Assembly: GCA_001643675.2 (NCBI GenBank)
Contig: LSRY02000055.1
Coordinates: 502,113-566,112 of the forward strand
Source of the DNA: Monocercomonoides exilis PA203
Taxonomy: Eukaryota > Protista > Preaxostyla
Length of the DNA: 64,000 bases
Reading direction: 5' to 3'
The notes under the pieces are model-generated. The model was given only the letters and a program-made list of their open reading frames with translations, was not told the DNA's origin and ran no database searches. Shown here in pieces: positions 51,455 through 64,000 of the stretch; position 1 is the first letter of the stretch; the number at the start of each line of letters is the position of its first letter. A program made the position numbers and the translations under genes.

Positions 51455-54400
51455 ATGAATCCTTTCAAAAGAAAACATAACGGAATTGGAAACAAGAGCA
51501 TCAAACGGGATGTGAAAAATCTAGAAAATATTTTTGGAAAAATGTCAGAGAACCATGCAGAACTTGTTCTCTTATCATTTTTACAATCTACGAAGCAAGG
51601 AAAAAAACTTTTGGAAACATTGTCCAAATCAAAAGCATGTTTGTATTTGTTTTAATATTAAATACAAAATTACTAATATTTAAACATCATTTTTCAAATA
51701 AACTTGAATTATTTTATTTTCTATAGCTATTCCAAAAAAACATTACAATGAAATAGATATTAACTCAGATTCAGAAAGCACTGAATCATTATCATCAGAT
51801 TTAAGTCCAATTGCTTCTGTGCCTGCAACTTCGAATAATTCTGAATTATTATCATCAGATTTAAGTCCAATTGCTTCTGTGCCTGCAACTTCGAATAATT
51901 CTGAATTATTATCATCAGATTTAAGTCCAATTGCTTCTGTGCCTGCAACTTCGAATAATTCTGAATTATTATCATCAGATTTAAGTCCAATTGCTTCTGT
52001 GCCTGCAACTTCGAATAATTCTGAATTATTATCATCAGATTTAAGTCCAATTGCTTCTGTGCCTGCAACTTCGAATAATTCTGAATTATTATCATCAGAT
52101 TTAAGTCCAATTGCTTCTGTGCCTGCAACTTCGAATAATTCTGAATTATTATCATCAGATTTAAGTCCAATTGCTTCTGTGCCTGCAACTTCGAATAATT
52201 CTGAATTATTATCATCAGATTTAAGTCCAATTGCTTCTGTGCCTGCAACTTCGAATAATTCTGAATTATTATCATCAGATTTAAGTCCAATTGCTTCTGT
52301 GCCTGCAACTTCGAATAATTCTGAATTATTATCATCAGATTTAAGTCCAATTGCTTCTGTGCCTGCAACTTCGAATAATTCTGAATTATTATCATCAGAT
52401 TTAAGTCCAATTGCTTCTGTGCCTGCAACTTCGAATAATTCTGAATTATTATCATCAGATTTAAGTCCAATTGCTTCTGTGCCTGCAACTTCGAATAATT
52501 CTGAATTATTATCATCAGATTTAAGTCCAATTGCTTCTGTGCCTGCAACTTCGAATAATTCTGAATTATTATCATCAGATTTAAGTCCAATTGCTTCTGT
52601 GCCTGCAACTTCGAATAATTCTGAATTATTATCATCAGATTTAAGTCCAATTGCTTCTGTGCCTGCAACTTCGAATAATTCTGAATTATTATCATCAGAT
52701 TTAAGTCCAATTGCTTCTGTGCCTGCAACTTCGAATAATTCTGAATTATTATCATCAGATTTAAGTCCAATTGCTTCTGTGCCTGCAACTTCGAATAATT
52801 CTGAATTATTATCATCAGATTTAAGTCCAATTGCTTCTGTGCCTGCAACTTCGAATAATTCTGAATTATTATCATCAGATTTAAGTCCAATTGCTTCTGT
52901 GCCTGCAACTTCGAATAATTCTGAATTATTATCATCAGATTTAAGTCCAATTGCTTCTGTGCCTGCAACTTCGAATAATTCTGAATTATTATCATCAGAT
53001 TTAAGTCCAATTGCTTCTGTGCCTGCAACTTCGAATAATTCTGAATTATTATCATCAGATTTAAGTCCAATTGCTTCTGTGCCTGCAACTTCGAATAATT
53101 CTGAATTATTATCATCAGATTTAAGTCCAATTGCTTCTGTGCCTGCAACTTCGAATAATTCTGAATTATTATCATCAGATTTAAGTCCAATTGCTTCTGT
53201 GCCTGCAACTTCGAATAATTCTGAATTATTATCATCAGATTTAAGTCCAATTGCTTCTGTGCCTGCAACTTCGAATAATTCTGAATTATTATCATCAGAT
53301 TTAAGTCCAATTGCTTCTGTGCCTGCAACTTCGAATAATTCTGAATTATTATCATCAGATTTAAGTCCAATTGCTTCTGTGCCTGCAACTTCGAATAATT
53401 CTGAATTATTATCATCAGATTTAAGTCCAATTGCTTCTGTGCCTGCAACTTCGAATAATTCTGAATTATTATCATCAGATTTAAGTCCAATTGCTTCTGT
53501 GCCTGCAACTTCGAATAATTCTGAATTATTATCATCAGATTTAAGTCCAATTGCTTCTGTGCCTGCAACTTCGAATAATTCTGAATTATTATCATCAGAT
53601 TTAAGTCCAATTGCTTCTGTGCCTGCAACTTCGAATAATTCTGAATTATTATCATCAGATTTAAGTCCAATTGCTTCTGTGCCTGCAACTTCGAATAATT
53701 CTGAATTATTATCATCAGATTTAAGTCCAATTGCTTCTGTGCCTGCAACTTCGAATAATTCTGAATTATTATCATCAGATTTAAGTCCAATTGCTTCTGT
53801 GCCTGCAACTTCGAATAATTCTGAATTATTATCATCAGATTTAAGTCCAATTGCTTCTGTGCCTGCAACTTCGAATAATTCTGAATTATTATCATCAGAT
53901 TTAAGTCCAATTGCTTCTGTGCCTGCAACTTCGAATAATTCTGAATTATTATCATCAGATTTAAGTCCAATTGCTTCTGTGCCTGCAACTTCGAATAATT
54001 CTGAATTATTATCATCAGATTTAAGTCCAATTGCTTCTGTGCCTGCAACTTCGAATAATTCTGAATTATTATCATCAGATTTAAGTCCAATTGCTTCTGT
54101 GCCTGCAACTTCGAATAATTCTGAATTATTATCATCAGATTTAAGTCCAATTGCTTCTGTGCCTGCAACTTCGAATAATTCTGAATTATTATCATCAGAT
54201 TTAAGTCCAATTGCTTCTGTGCCTGCAACTTCGAATAATTCTGAATTATTATCATCAGATTTAAGTCCAATTGCTTCTGTGCCTGCAACTTCGAATAATT
54301 CTGAATTATTATCATCAGATTTAAGTCCAATTGCTTCTGTGCCTGCAACTTCGAATAATTCTGAATTATTATCATCAGATTTAAGTCCAATTGCTTCTGT

Positions 54401-57400
54401 GCCTGCAACTTCGAATAATTCTGAATTATTATCATCAGATTTAAGTCCAATTGCTTCTGTGCCTGCAACTTCGAATAATTCTGAATTATTATCATCAGAT
54501 TTAAGTCCAATTGCTTCTGTGCCTGCAACTTCGAATAATTCTGAATTATTATCATCAGATTTAAGTCCAATTGCTTCTGTGCCTGCAACTTCGAATAATT
54601 CTGAATTATTATCATCAGATTTAAGTCCAATTGCTTCTGTGCCTGCAACTTCGAATAATTCTGAATTATTATCATCAGATTTAAGTCCAATTGCTTCTGT
54701 GCCTGCAACTTCGAATAATTCTGAATTATTATCATCAGATTTAAGTCCAATTGCTTCTGTGCCTGCAACTTCGAATAATTCTGAATTATTATCATCAGAT
54801 TTAAGTCCAATTGCTTCTGTGCCTGCAACTTCGAATAATTCTGAATTATTATCATCAGATTTAAGTCCAATTGCTTCTGTGCCTGCAACTTCGAATAATT
54901 CTGAATTATTATCATCAGATTTAAGTCCAATTGCTTCTGTGCCTGCAACTTCGAATAATTCTGAATTATTATCATCAGATTTAAGTCCAATTGCTTCTGT
55001 GCCTGCAACTTCGAATAATTCTGAATTATTATCATCAGATTTAAGTCCAATTGCTTCTGTGCCTGCAACTTCGAATAATTCTGAATTATTATCATCAGAT
55101 TTAAGTCCAATTGCTTCTGTGCCTGCAACTTCGAATAATTCTGAATTATTATCATCAGATTTAAGTCCAATTGCTTCTGTGCCTGCAACTTCGAATAATT
55201 CTGAATTATTATCATCAGATTTAAGTCCAATTGCTTCTGTGCCTGCAACTTCGAATAATTCTGAATTATTATCATCAGATTTAAGTCCAATTGCTTCTGT
55301 GCCTGCAACTTCGAATAATTCTGAATTATTATCATCAGATTTAAGTCCAATTGCTTCTGTGCCTGCAACTTCGAATAATTCTGAATTATTATCATCAGAT
55401 TTAAGTCCAATTGCTTCTGTGCCTGCAACTTCGAATAATTCTGAATTATTATCATCAGATTTAAGTCCAATTGCTTCTGTGCCTGCAACTTCGAATAATT
55501 CTGAATTATTATCATCAGATTTAAGTCCAATTGCTTCTGTGCCTGCAACTTCGAATAATTCTGAATTATTATCATCAGATTTAAGTCCAATTGCTTCTGT
55601 GCCTGCAACTTCGAATAATTCTGAATTATTATCATCAGATTTAAGTCCAATTGCTTCTGTGCCTGCAACTTCGAATAATTCTGAATTATTATCATCAGAT
55701 TTAAGTCCAATTGCTTCTGTGCCTGCAACTTCGAATAATTCTGAATTATTATCATCAGATTTAAGTCCAATTGCTTCTGTGCCTGCAACTTCGAATAATT
55801 CTGAATTATTATCATCAGATTTAAGTCCAATTGCTTCTGTGCCTGCAACTTCGAATAATTCTGAATTATTATCATCAGATTTAAGTCCAATTGCTTCTGT
55901 GCCTGCAACTTCGAATAATTCTGAATTATTATCATCAGATTTAAGTCCAATTGCTTCTGTGCCTGCAACTTCGAATAATTCTGAATTATTATCATCAGAT
56001 TTAAGTCCAATTGCTTCTGTGCCTGCAACTTCGAATAATTCTGAATTATTATCATCAGATTTAAGTCCAATTGCTTCTGTGCCTGCAACTTCGAATAATT
56101 CTGAATTATTATCATCAGATTTAAGTCCAATTGCTTCTGTGCCTGCAACTTCGAATAATTCTGAATTATTATCATCAGATTTAAGTCCAATTGCTTCTGT
56201 GCCTGCAACTTCGAATAATTCTGAATTATTATCATCAGATTTAAGTCCAATTGCTTCTGTGCCTGCAACTTCGAATAATTCTGAATTATTATCATCAGAT
56301 TTAAGTCCAATTGCTTCTGTGCCTGCAACTTCGAATAATTCTGAATTATTATCATCAGATTTAAGTCCAATTGCTTCTGTGCCTGCAACTTCGAATAATT
56401 CTGAATTATTATCATCAGATTTAAGTCCAATTGCTTCTGTGCCTGCAACTTCGAATAATTCTGAATTATTATCATCAGATTTAAGTCCAATTGCTTCTGT
56501 GCCTGCAACTTCGAATAATTCTGAATTATTATCATCAGATTTAAGTCCAATTGCTTCTGTGCCTGCAACTTCGAATAATTCTGAATTATTATCATCAGAT
56601 TTAAGTCCAATTGCTTCTGTGCCTGCAACTTCGAATAATTCTGAATTATTATCATCAGATTTAAGTCCAATTGCTTCTGTGCCTGCAACTTCGAATAATT
56701 CTGAATTATTATCATCAGATTTAAGTCCAATTGCTTCTGTGCCTGCAACTTCGAATAATTCTGAATTATTATCATCAGATTTAAGTCCAATTGCTTCTGT
56801 GCCTGCAACTTCGAATAATTCTGAATTATTATCATCAGATTTAAGTCCAATTGCTTCTGTGCCTGCAACTTCGAATAATTCTGAATTATTATCATCAGAT
56901 TTAAGTCCAATTGCTTCTGTGCCTGCAACTTCGAATAATTCTGAATTATTATCATCAGATTTAAGTCCAATTGCTTCTGTGCCTGCAACTTCGAATAATT
57001 CTGAATTATTATCATCAGATTTAAGTCCAATTGCTTCTGTGCCTGCAACTTCGAATAATTCTGAATTATTATCATCAGATTTAAGTCCAATTGCTTCTGT
57101 GCCTGCAACTTCGAATAATTCTGAATTATTATCATCAGATTTAAGTCCAATTGCTTCTGTGCCTGCAACTTCGAATAATTCTGAATTATTATCATCAGAT
57201 TTAAGTCCAATTGCTTCTGTGCCTGCAACTTCGAATAATTCTGAATTATTATCATCAGATTTAAGTCCAATTGCTTCTGTGCCTGCAACTTCGAATAATT
57301 CTGAATTATTATCATCAGATTTAAGTCCAATTGCTTCTGTGCCTGCAACTTCGAATAATTCTGAATTATTATCATCAGATTTAAGTCCAATTGCTTCTGT

Positions 57401-60400
57401 GCCTGCAACTTCGAATAATTCTGAATTATTATCATCAGATTTAAGTCCAATTGCTTCTGTGCCTGCAACTTCGAATAATTCTGAATTATTATCATCAGAT
57501 TTAAGTCCAATTGCTTCTGTGCCTGCAACTTCGAATAATTCTGAATTATTATCATCAGATTTAAGTCCAATTGCTTCTGTGCCTGCAACTTCGAATAATT
57601 CTGAATTATTATCATCAGATTTAAGTCCAATTGCTTCTGTGCCTGCAACTTCGAATAATTCTGAATTATTATCATCAGATTTAAGTCCAATTGCTTCTGT
57701 GCCTGCAACTTCGAATAATTCTGAATTATTATCATCAGATTTAAGTCCAATTGCTTCTGTGCCTGCAACTTCGAATAATTCTGAATTATTATCATCAGAT
57801 TTAAGTCCAATTGCTTCTGTGCCTGCAACTTCGAATAATTCTGAATTATTATCATCAGATTTAAGTCCAATTGCTTCTGTGCCTGCAACTTCGAATAATT
57901 CTGAATTATTATCATCAGATTTAAGTCCAATTGCTTCTGTGCCTGCAACTTCGAATAATTCTGAATTATTATCATCAGATTTAAGTCCAATTGCTTCTGT
58001 GCCTGCAACTTCGAATAATTCTGAATTATTATCATCAGATTTAAGTCCAATTGCTTCTGTGCCTGCAACTTCGAATAATTCTGAATTATTATCATCAGAT
58101 TTAAGTCCAATTGCTTCTGTGCCTGCAACTTCGAATAATTCTGAATTATTATCATCAGATTTAAGTCCAATTGCTTCTGTGCCTGCAACTTCGAATAATT
58201 CTGAATTATTATCATCAGATTTAAGTCCAATTGCTTCTGTGCCTGCAACTTCGAATAATTCTGAATTATTATCATCAGATTTAAGTCCAATTGCTTCTGT
58301 GCCTGCAACTTCGAATAATTCTGAATTATTATCATCAGATTTAAGTCCAATTGCTTCTGTGCCTGCAACTTCGAATAATTCTGAATTATTATCATCAGAT
58401 TTAAGTCCAATTGCTTCTGTGCCTGCAACTTCGAATAATTCTGAATTATTATCATCAGATTTAAGTCCAATTGCTTCTGTGCCTGCAACTTCGAATAATT
58501 CTGAATTATTATCATCAGATTTAAGTCCAATTGCTTCTGTGCCTGCAACTTCGAATAATTCTGAATTATTATCATCAGATTTAAGTCCAATTGCTTCTGT
58601 GCCTGCAACTTCGAATAATTCTGAATTATTATCATCAGATTTAAGTCCAATTGCTTCTGTGCCTGCAACTTCGAATAATTCTGAATTATTATCATCAGAT
58701 TTAAGTCCAATTGCTTCTGTGCCTGCAACTTCGAATAATTCTGAATTATTATCATCAGATTTAAGTCCAATTGCTTCTGTGCCTGCAACTTCGAATAATT
58801 CTGAATTATTATCATCAGATTTAAGTCCAATTGCTTCTGTGCCTGCAACTTCGAATAATTCTGAATTATTATCATCAGATTTAAGTCCAATTGCTTCTGT
58901 GCCTGCAACTTCGAATAATTCTGAATTATTATCATCAGATTTAAGTCCAATTGCTTCTGTGCCTGCAACTTCGAATAATTCTGAATTATTATCATCAGAT
59001 TTAAGTCCAATTGCTTCTGTGCCTGCAACTTCGAATAATTCTGAATTATTATCATCAGATTTAAGTCCAATTGCTTCTGTGCCTGCAACTTCGAATAATT
59101 CTGAATTATTATCATCAGATTTAAGTCCAATTGCTTCTGTGCCTGCAACTTCGAATAATTCTGAATTATTATCATCAGATTTAAGTCCAATTGCTTCTGT
59201 GCCTGCAACTTCGAATAATTCTGAATTATTATCATCAGATTTAAGTCCAATTGCTTCTGTGCCTGCAACTTCGAATAATTCTGAATTATTATCATCAGAT
59301 TTAAGTCCAATTGCTTCTGTGCCTGCAACTTCGAATAATTCTGAATTATTATCATCAGATTTAAGTCCAATTGCTTCTGTGCCTGCAACTTCGAATAATT
59401 CTGAATTATTATCATCAGATTTAAGTCCAATTGCTTCTGTGCCTGCAACTTCGAATAATTCTGAATTATTATCATCAGATTTAAGTCCAATTGCTTCTGT
59501 GCCTGCAACTTCGAATAATTCTGAATTATTATCATCAGATTTAAGTCCAATTGCTTCTGTGCCTGCAACTTCGAATAATTCTGAATTATTATCATCAGAT
59601 TTAAGTCCAATTGCTTCTGTGCCTGCAACTTCGAATAATTCTGAATTATTATCATCAGATTTAAGTCCAATTGCTTCTGTGCCTGCAACTTCGAATAATT
59701 CTGAATTATTATCATCAGATTTAAGTCCAATTGCTTCTGTGCCTGCAACTTCGAATAATTCTGAATTATTATCATCAGATTTAAGTCCAATTGCTTCTGT
59801 GCCTGCAACTTCGAATAATTCTGAATTATTATCATCAGATTTAAGTCCAATTGCTTCTGTGCCTGCAACTTCGAATAATTCTGAATTATTATCATCAGAT
59901 TTAAGTCCAATTGCTTCTGTGCCTGCAACTTCGAATAATTCTGAATTATTATCATCAGATTTAAGTCCAATTGCTTCTGTGCCTGCAACTTCGAATAATT
60001 CTGAATTATTATCATCAGATTTAAGTCCAATTGCTTCTGTGCCTGCAACTTCGAATAATTCTGAATTATTATCATCAGATTTAAGTCCAATTGCTTCTGT
60101 GCCTGCAACTTCGAATAATTCTGAATTATTATCATCAGATTTAAGTCCAATTGCTTCTGTGCCTGCAACTTCGAATAATTCTGAATTATTATCATCAGAT
60201 TTAAGTCCAATTGCTTCTGTGCCTGCAACTTCGAATAATTCTGAATTATTATCATCAGATTTAAGTCCAATTGCTTCTGTGCCTGCAACTTCGAATAATT
60301 CTGAATTATTATCATCAGATTTAAGTCCAATTGCTTCTGTGCCTGCAACTTCGAATAATTCTGAATTATTATCATCAGATTTAAGTCCAATTGCTTCTGT

Positions 60401-62816
60401 GCCTGCAACTTCGAATAATTCTGAATTATTATCATCAGATTTAAGTCCAATTGCTTCTGTGCCTGCAACTTCGAATAATTCTGAATTATTATCATCAGAT
60501 TTAAGTCCAATTGCTTCTGTGCCTGCAACTTCGAATAATTCTGAATTATTATCATCAGATTTAAGTCCAATTGCTTCTGTGCCTGCAACTTCGAATAATT
60601 CTGAATTATTATCATCAGATTTAAGTCCAATTGCTTCTGTGCCTGCAACTTCGAATAATTCTGAATTATTATCATCAGATTTAAGTCCAATTGCTTCTGT
60701 GCCTGCAACTTCGAATAATTCTGAATTATTATCATCAGATTTAAGTCCAATTGCTTCTGTGCCTGCAACTTCGAATAATTCTGAATTATTATCATCAGAT
60801 TTAAGTCCAATTGCTTCTGTGCCTGCAACTTCGAATAATTCTGAATTATTATCATCAGATTTAAGTCCAATTGCTTCTGTGCCTGCAACTTCGAATAATT
60901 CTGAATTATTATCATCAGATTTAAGTCCAATTGCTTCTGTGCCTGCAACTTCGAATAATTCTGAATTATTATCATCAGATTTAAGTCCAATTGCTTCTGT
61001 GCCTGCAACTTCGAATAATTCTGAATTATTATCATCAGATTTAAGTCCAATTGCTTCTGTGCCTGCAACTTCGAATAATTCTGAATTATTATCATCAGAT
61101 TTAAGTCCAATTGCTTCTGTGCCTGCAACTTCGAATAATTCTGAATTATTATCATCAGATTTAAGTCCAATTGCTTCTGTGCCTGCAACTTCGAATAATT
61201 CTGAATTATTATCATCAGATTTAAGTCCAATTGCTTCTGTGCCTGCAACTTCGAATAATTCTGAATTATTATCATCAGATTTAAGTCCAATTGCTTCTGT
61301 GCCTGCAACTTCGAATAATTCTGAATTATTATCATCAGATTTAAGTCCAATTGCTTCTGTGCCTGCAACTTCGAATAATTCTGAATTATTATCATCAGAT
61401 TTAAGTCCAATTGCTTCTGTGCCTGCAACTTCGAATAATTCTGAATTATTATCATCAGATTTAAGTCCAATTGCTTCTGTGCCTGCAACTTCGAATAATT
61501 CTGAATTATTATCATCAGATTTAAGTCCAATTGCTTCTGTGCCTGCAACTTCGAATAATTCTGAATTATTATCATCAGATTTAAGTCCAATTGCTTCTGT
61601 GCCTGCAACTTCGAATAATTCTGAATTATTATCATCAGATTTAAGTCCAATTGCTTCTGTGCCTGCAACTTCGAATAATTCTGAATTATTATCATCAGAT
61701 TTAAGTCCAATTGCTTCTGTGCCTGCAACTTCGAATAATTCTGAATTATTATCATCAGATTTAAGTCCAATTGCTTCTGTGCCTGCAACTTCGAATAATT
61801 CTGAATTATTATCATCAGATTTAAGTCCAATTGCTTCTGTGCCTGCAACTTCGAATAATTCTGAATTATTATCATCAGATTTAAGTCCAATTGCTTCTGT
61901 GCCTGCAACTTCGAATAATTCTGAATTATTATCATCAGATTTAAGTCCAATTGCTTCTGTGCCTGCAACTTCGAATAATTCTGAATTATTATCATCAGAT
62001 TTAAGTCCAATTGCTTCTGTGCCTGCAACTTCGAATAATTCTGAATTATTATCATCAGATTTAAGTCCAATTGCTTCTGTGCCTGCAACTTCGAATAATT
62101 CTGAATTATTATCATCAGATTTAAGTCCAATTGCTTCTGTGCCTGCAACTTCGAATAATTCTGAATTATTATCATCAGATTTAAGTCCAATTGCTTCTGT
62201 GCCTGCAACTTCGAATAATTCTGAATTATTATCATCAGATTTAAGTCCAATTGCTTCTGTGCCTGCAACTTCGAATAATTCTGAATTATTATCATCAGAT
62301 TTAAGTCCAATTGCTTCTGTGCCTGCAACTTCGAATAATTCTGAATTATTATCATCAGATTTAAGTCCAATTGCTTCTGTGCCTGCAACTTCGAATAATT
62401 CTGAATTATTATCATCAGATTTAAGTCCAATTGCTTCTGTGCCTGCAACTTCGAATAATTCTGAATTATTATCATCAGATTTAAGTCCAATTGCTTCTGT
62501 GCCTGCAACTTCGAATAATTCTGAATTATTATCATCAGATTTAAGTCCAATTGCTTCTGTGCCTGCAACTTCGAATAATTCTGAATTATTATCATCAGAT
62601 TTAAGTCCAATTGCTTCTGTGCCTGCAACTTCGAATAATTCTGAATTATTATCATCAGATTTAAGTCCAATTGCTTCTGTGCCTGCAACTTCGAATAATT
62701 CTGAATTATTATCATCAGATTTAAGTCCAATTGCTTCTGTGCCTGCAACTTCGAATAATTCTGAATTATTATCATCAGATTTAAGTCCAATTGCTTCTGT
62801 GCGCAGCTTCGAATAA
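51455..62816 (+). CDS. Spliced gene encoding a giant Ser-rich 20-aa tandem-repeat protein (exon 1 51455-51638, intron 51639-51726, exon 2 from 51727)
   Basis: Exon 1 MNPFKRKH...LSKSKA. The 88-nt AT-rich intron GTTTGT...TACTAAT...TTTTCTATAG joins T+CT in frame to IPKKHYNEIDINSDSESTESLSSDLSPIASV(PATSNNSELLSSDLSPIASV)n. The frame ends at a variant unit near 62801. An alternative in-frame ATG lies at 51382. Confidence 0.6.
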
Positions 62817-64000
62817 TTCTGAATTATTATCATCAGATTTAAGTCCAATTGCTTCTGTGCCTGCAACTTCGAATAATTCTGAATTATTATCATCAGATTT
62901 AAGTCCAATTGCTTCTGTGCCTGCAACTTCGAATAATTCTGAATTATTATCATCAGATTTAAGTCCAATTGCTTCTGTGCCTGCAACTTCGAATAATTCT
63001 GAATTATTATCATCAGATTTAAGTCCAATTGCTTCTGTGCCTGCAACTTCGAATAATTCTGAATTATTATCATCAGATTTAAGTCCAATTGCTTCTGTGC
63101 CTGCAACTTCGAATAATTCTGAATTATTATCATCAGATTTAAGTCCAATTGCTTCTGTGCCTGCAACTTCGAATAATTCTGAATTATTATCATCAGATTT
63201 AAGTCCAATTGCTTCTGTGCCTGCAACTTCGAATAATTCTGAATTATTATCATCAGATTTAAGTCCAATTGCTTCTGTGCCTGCAACTTCGAATAATTCT
63301 GAATTATTATCATCAGATTTAAGTCCAATTGCTTCTGTGCCTGCAACTTCGAATAATTCTGAATTATTATCATCAGATTTAAGTCCAATTGCTTCTGTGC
63401 CTGCAACTTCGAATAATTCTGAATTATTATCATCAGATTTAAGTCCAATTGCTTCTGTGCCTGCAACTTCGAATAATTCTGAATTATTATCATCAGATTT
63501 AAGTCCAATTGCTTCTGTGCCTGCAACTTCGAATAATTCTGAATTATTATCATCAGATTTAAGTCCAATTGCTTCTGTGCCTGCAACTTCGAATAATTCT
63601 GAATTATTATCATCAGATTTAAGTCCAATTGCTTCTGTGCCTGCAACTTCGAATAATTCTGAATTATTATCATCAGATTTAAGTCCAATTGCTTCTGTGC
63701 CTGCAACTTCGAATAATTCTGAATTATTATCATCAGATTTAAGTCCAATTGCTTCTGTGCCTGCAACTTCGAATAATTCTGAATTATTATCATCAGATTT
63801 AAGTCCAATTGCTTCTGTGCCTGCAACTTCGAATAATTCTGAATTATTATCATCAGATTTAAGTCCAATTGCTTCTGTGCCTGCAACTTCGAATAATTCT
63901 GAATTATTATCATCAGATTTAAGTCCAATTGCTTCTGTGCCTGCAACTTCGAATAATTCTGAATTATTATCATCAGATTTAAGTCCAATTGCTTCTGTGG
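51781..64000. repeat. 60-bp tandem array, ~204 copies, essentially invariant, continuing past the window end
   Basis: Unit CTGAATTATTATCATCAGATTTAAGTCCAATTGCTTCTGTGCCTGCAACTTCGAATAATT; one variant unit at ~62801 (2-bp deletion plus a substitution). Confidence 0.99.

Noticed and set aside
51743-63988. Minus-strand 4081-aa and 3676-aa ORFs as real genes
   Set aside because: They are by-products of a stop-free 60-bp unit and end within a few codons of the array edge, whereas the plus frame has a unique lead-in and an in-frame intron. They cannot be fully excluded without the far flank.
51781-64000. CRISPR array
   Set aside because: Head-to-tail identical units with no unique spacers, no cas genes, eukaryotic context.

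Overview
AT-rich eukaryotic DNA. The gene families and low-complexity Ser/Glu tracts resemble an oxymonad such as Monocercomonoides (inference from protein style, not a database result). Contents: (1) 1.1-5.2 kb, a decayed virus/MGE-type module of an AEP prim-pol fused to a D5-like SF3 helicase (two stops, one frameshift), a convergent small basic ORF and short iteron-like repeats; (2) a ~2,900-aa receptor-like gene on the minus strand (Cys/Gly-rich beta-helix-like ectodomain, one TM helix, kinase C-lobe-like tail) split by one frameshift; (3) many pseudogene fragments from 18 to 51 kb; (4) several non-autonomous DNA transposons read from their TIRs and TSDs, including two ~400-bp elements with 8-bp TSDs and unrelated TIRs that share one internal plan (dispersed TTAGGG repeats, tRNA-like A/B-box cassette, oligo-T), a long foldback element with a nested insertion, and a TA-flanked 3.85-kb cargo-bearing element; (5) a near-perfect 60-bp tandem array (~204 copies, running off the window) that sits in frame in exon 2 of a spliced plus-strand gene and would encode a giant 20-aa Ser-rich repeat protein.
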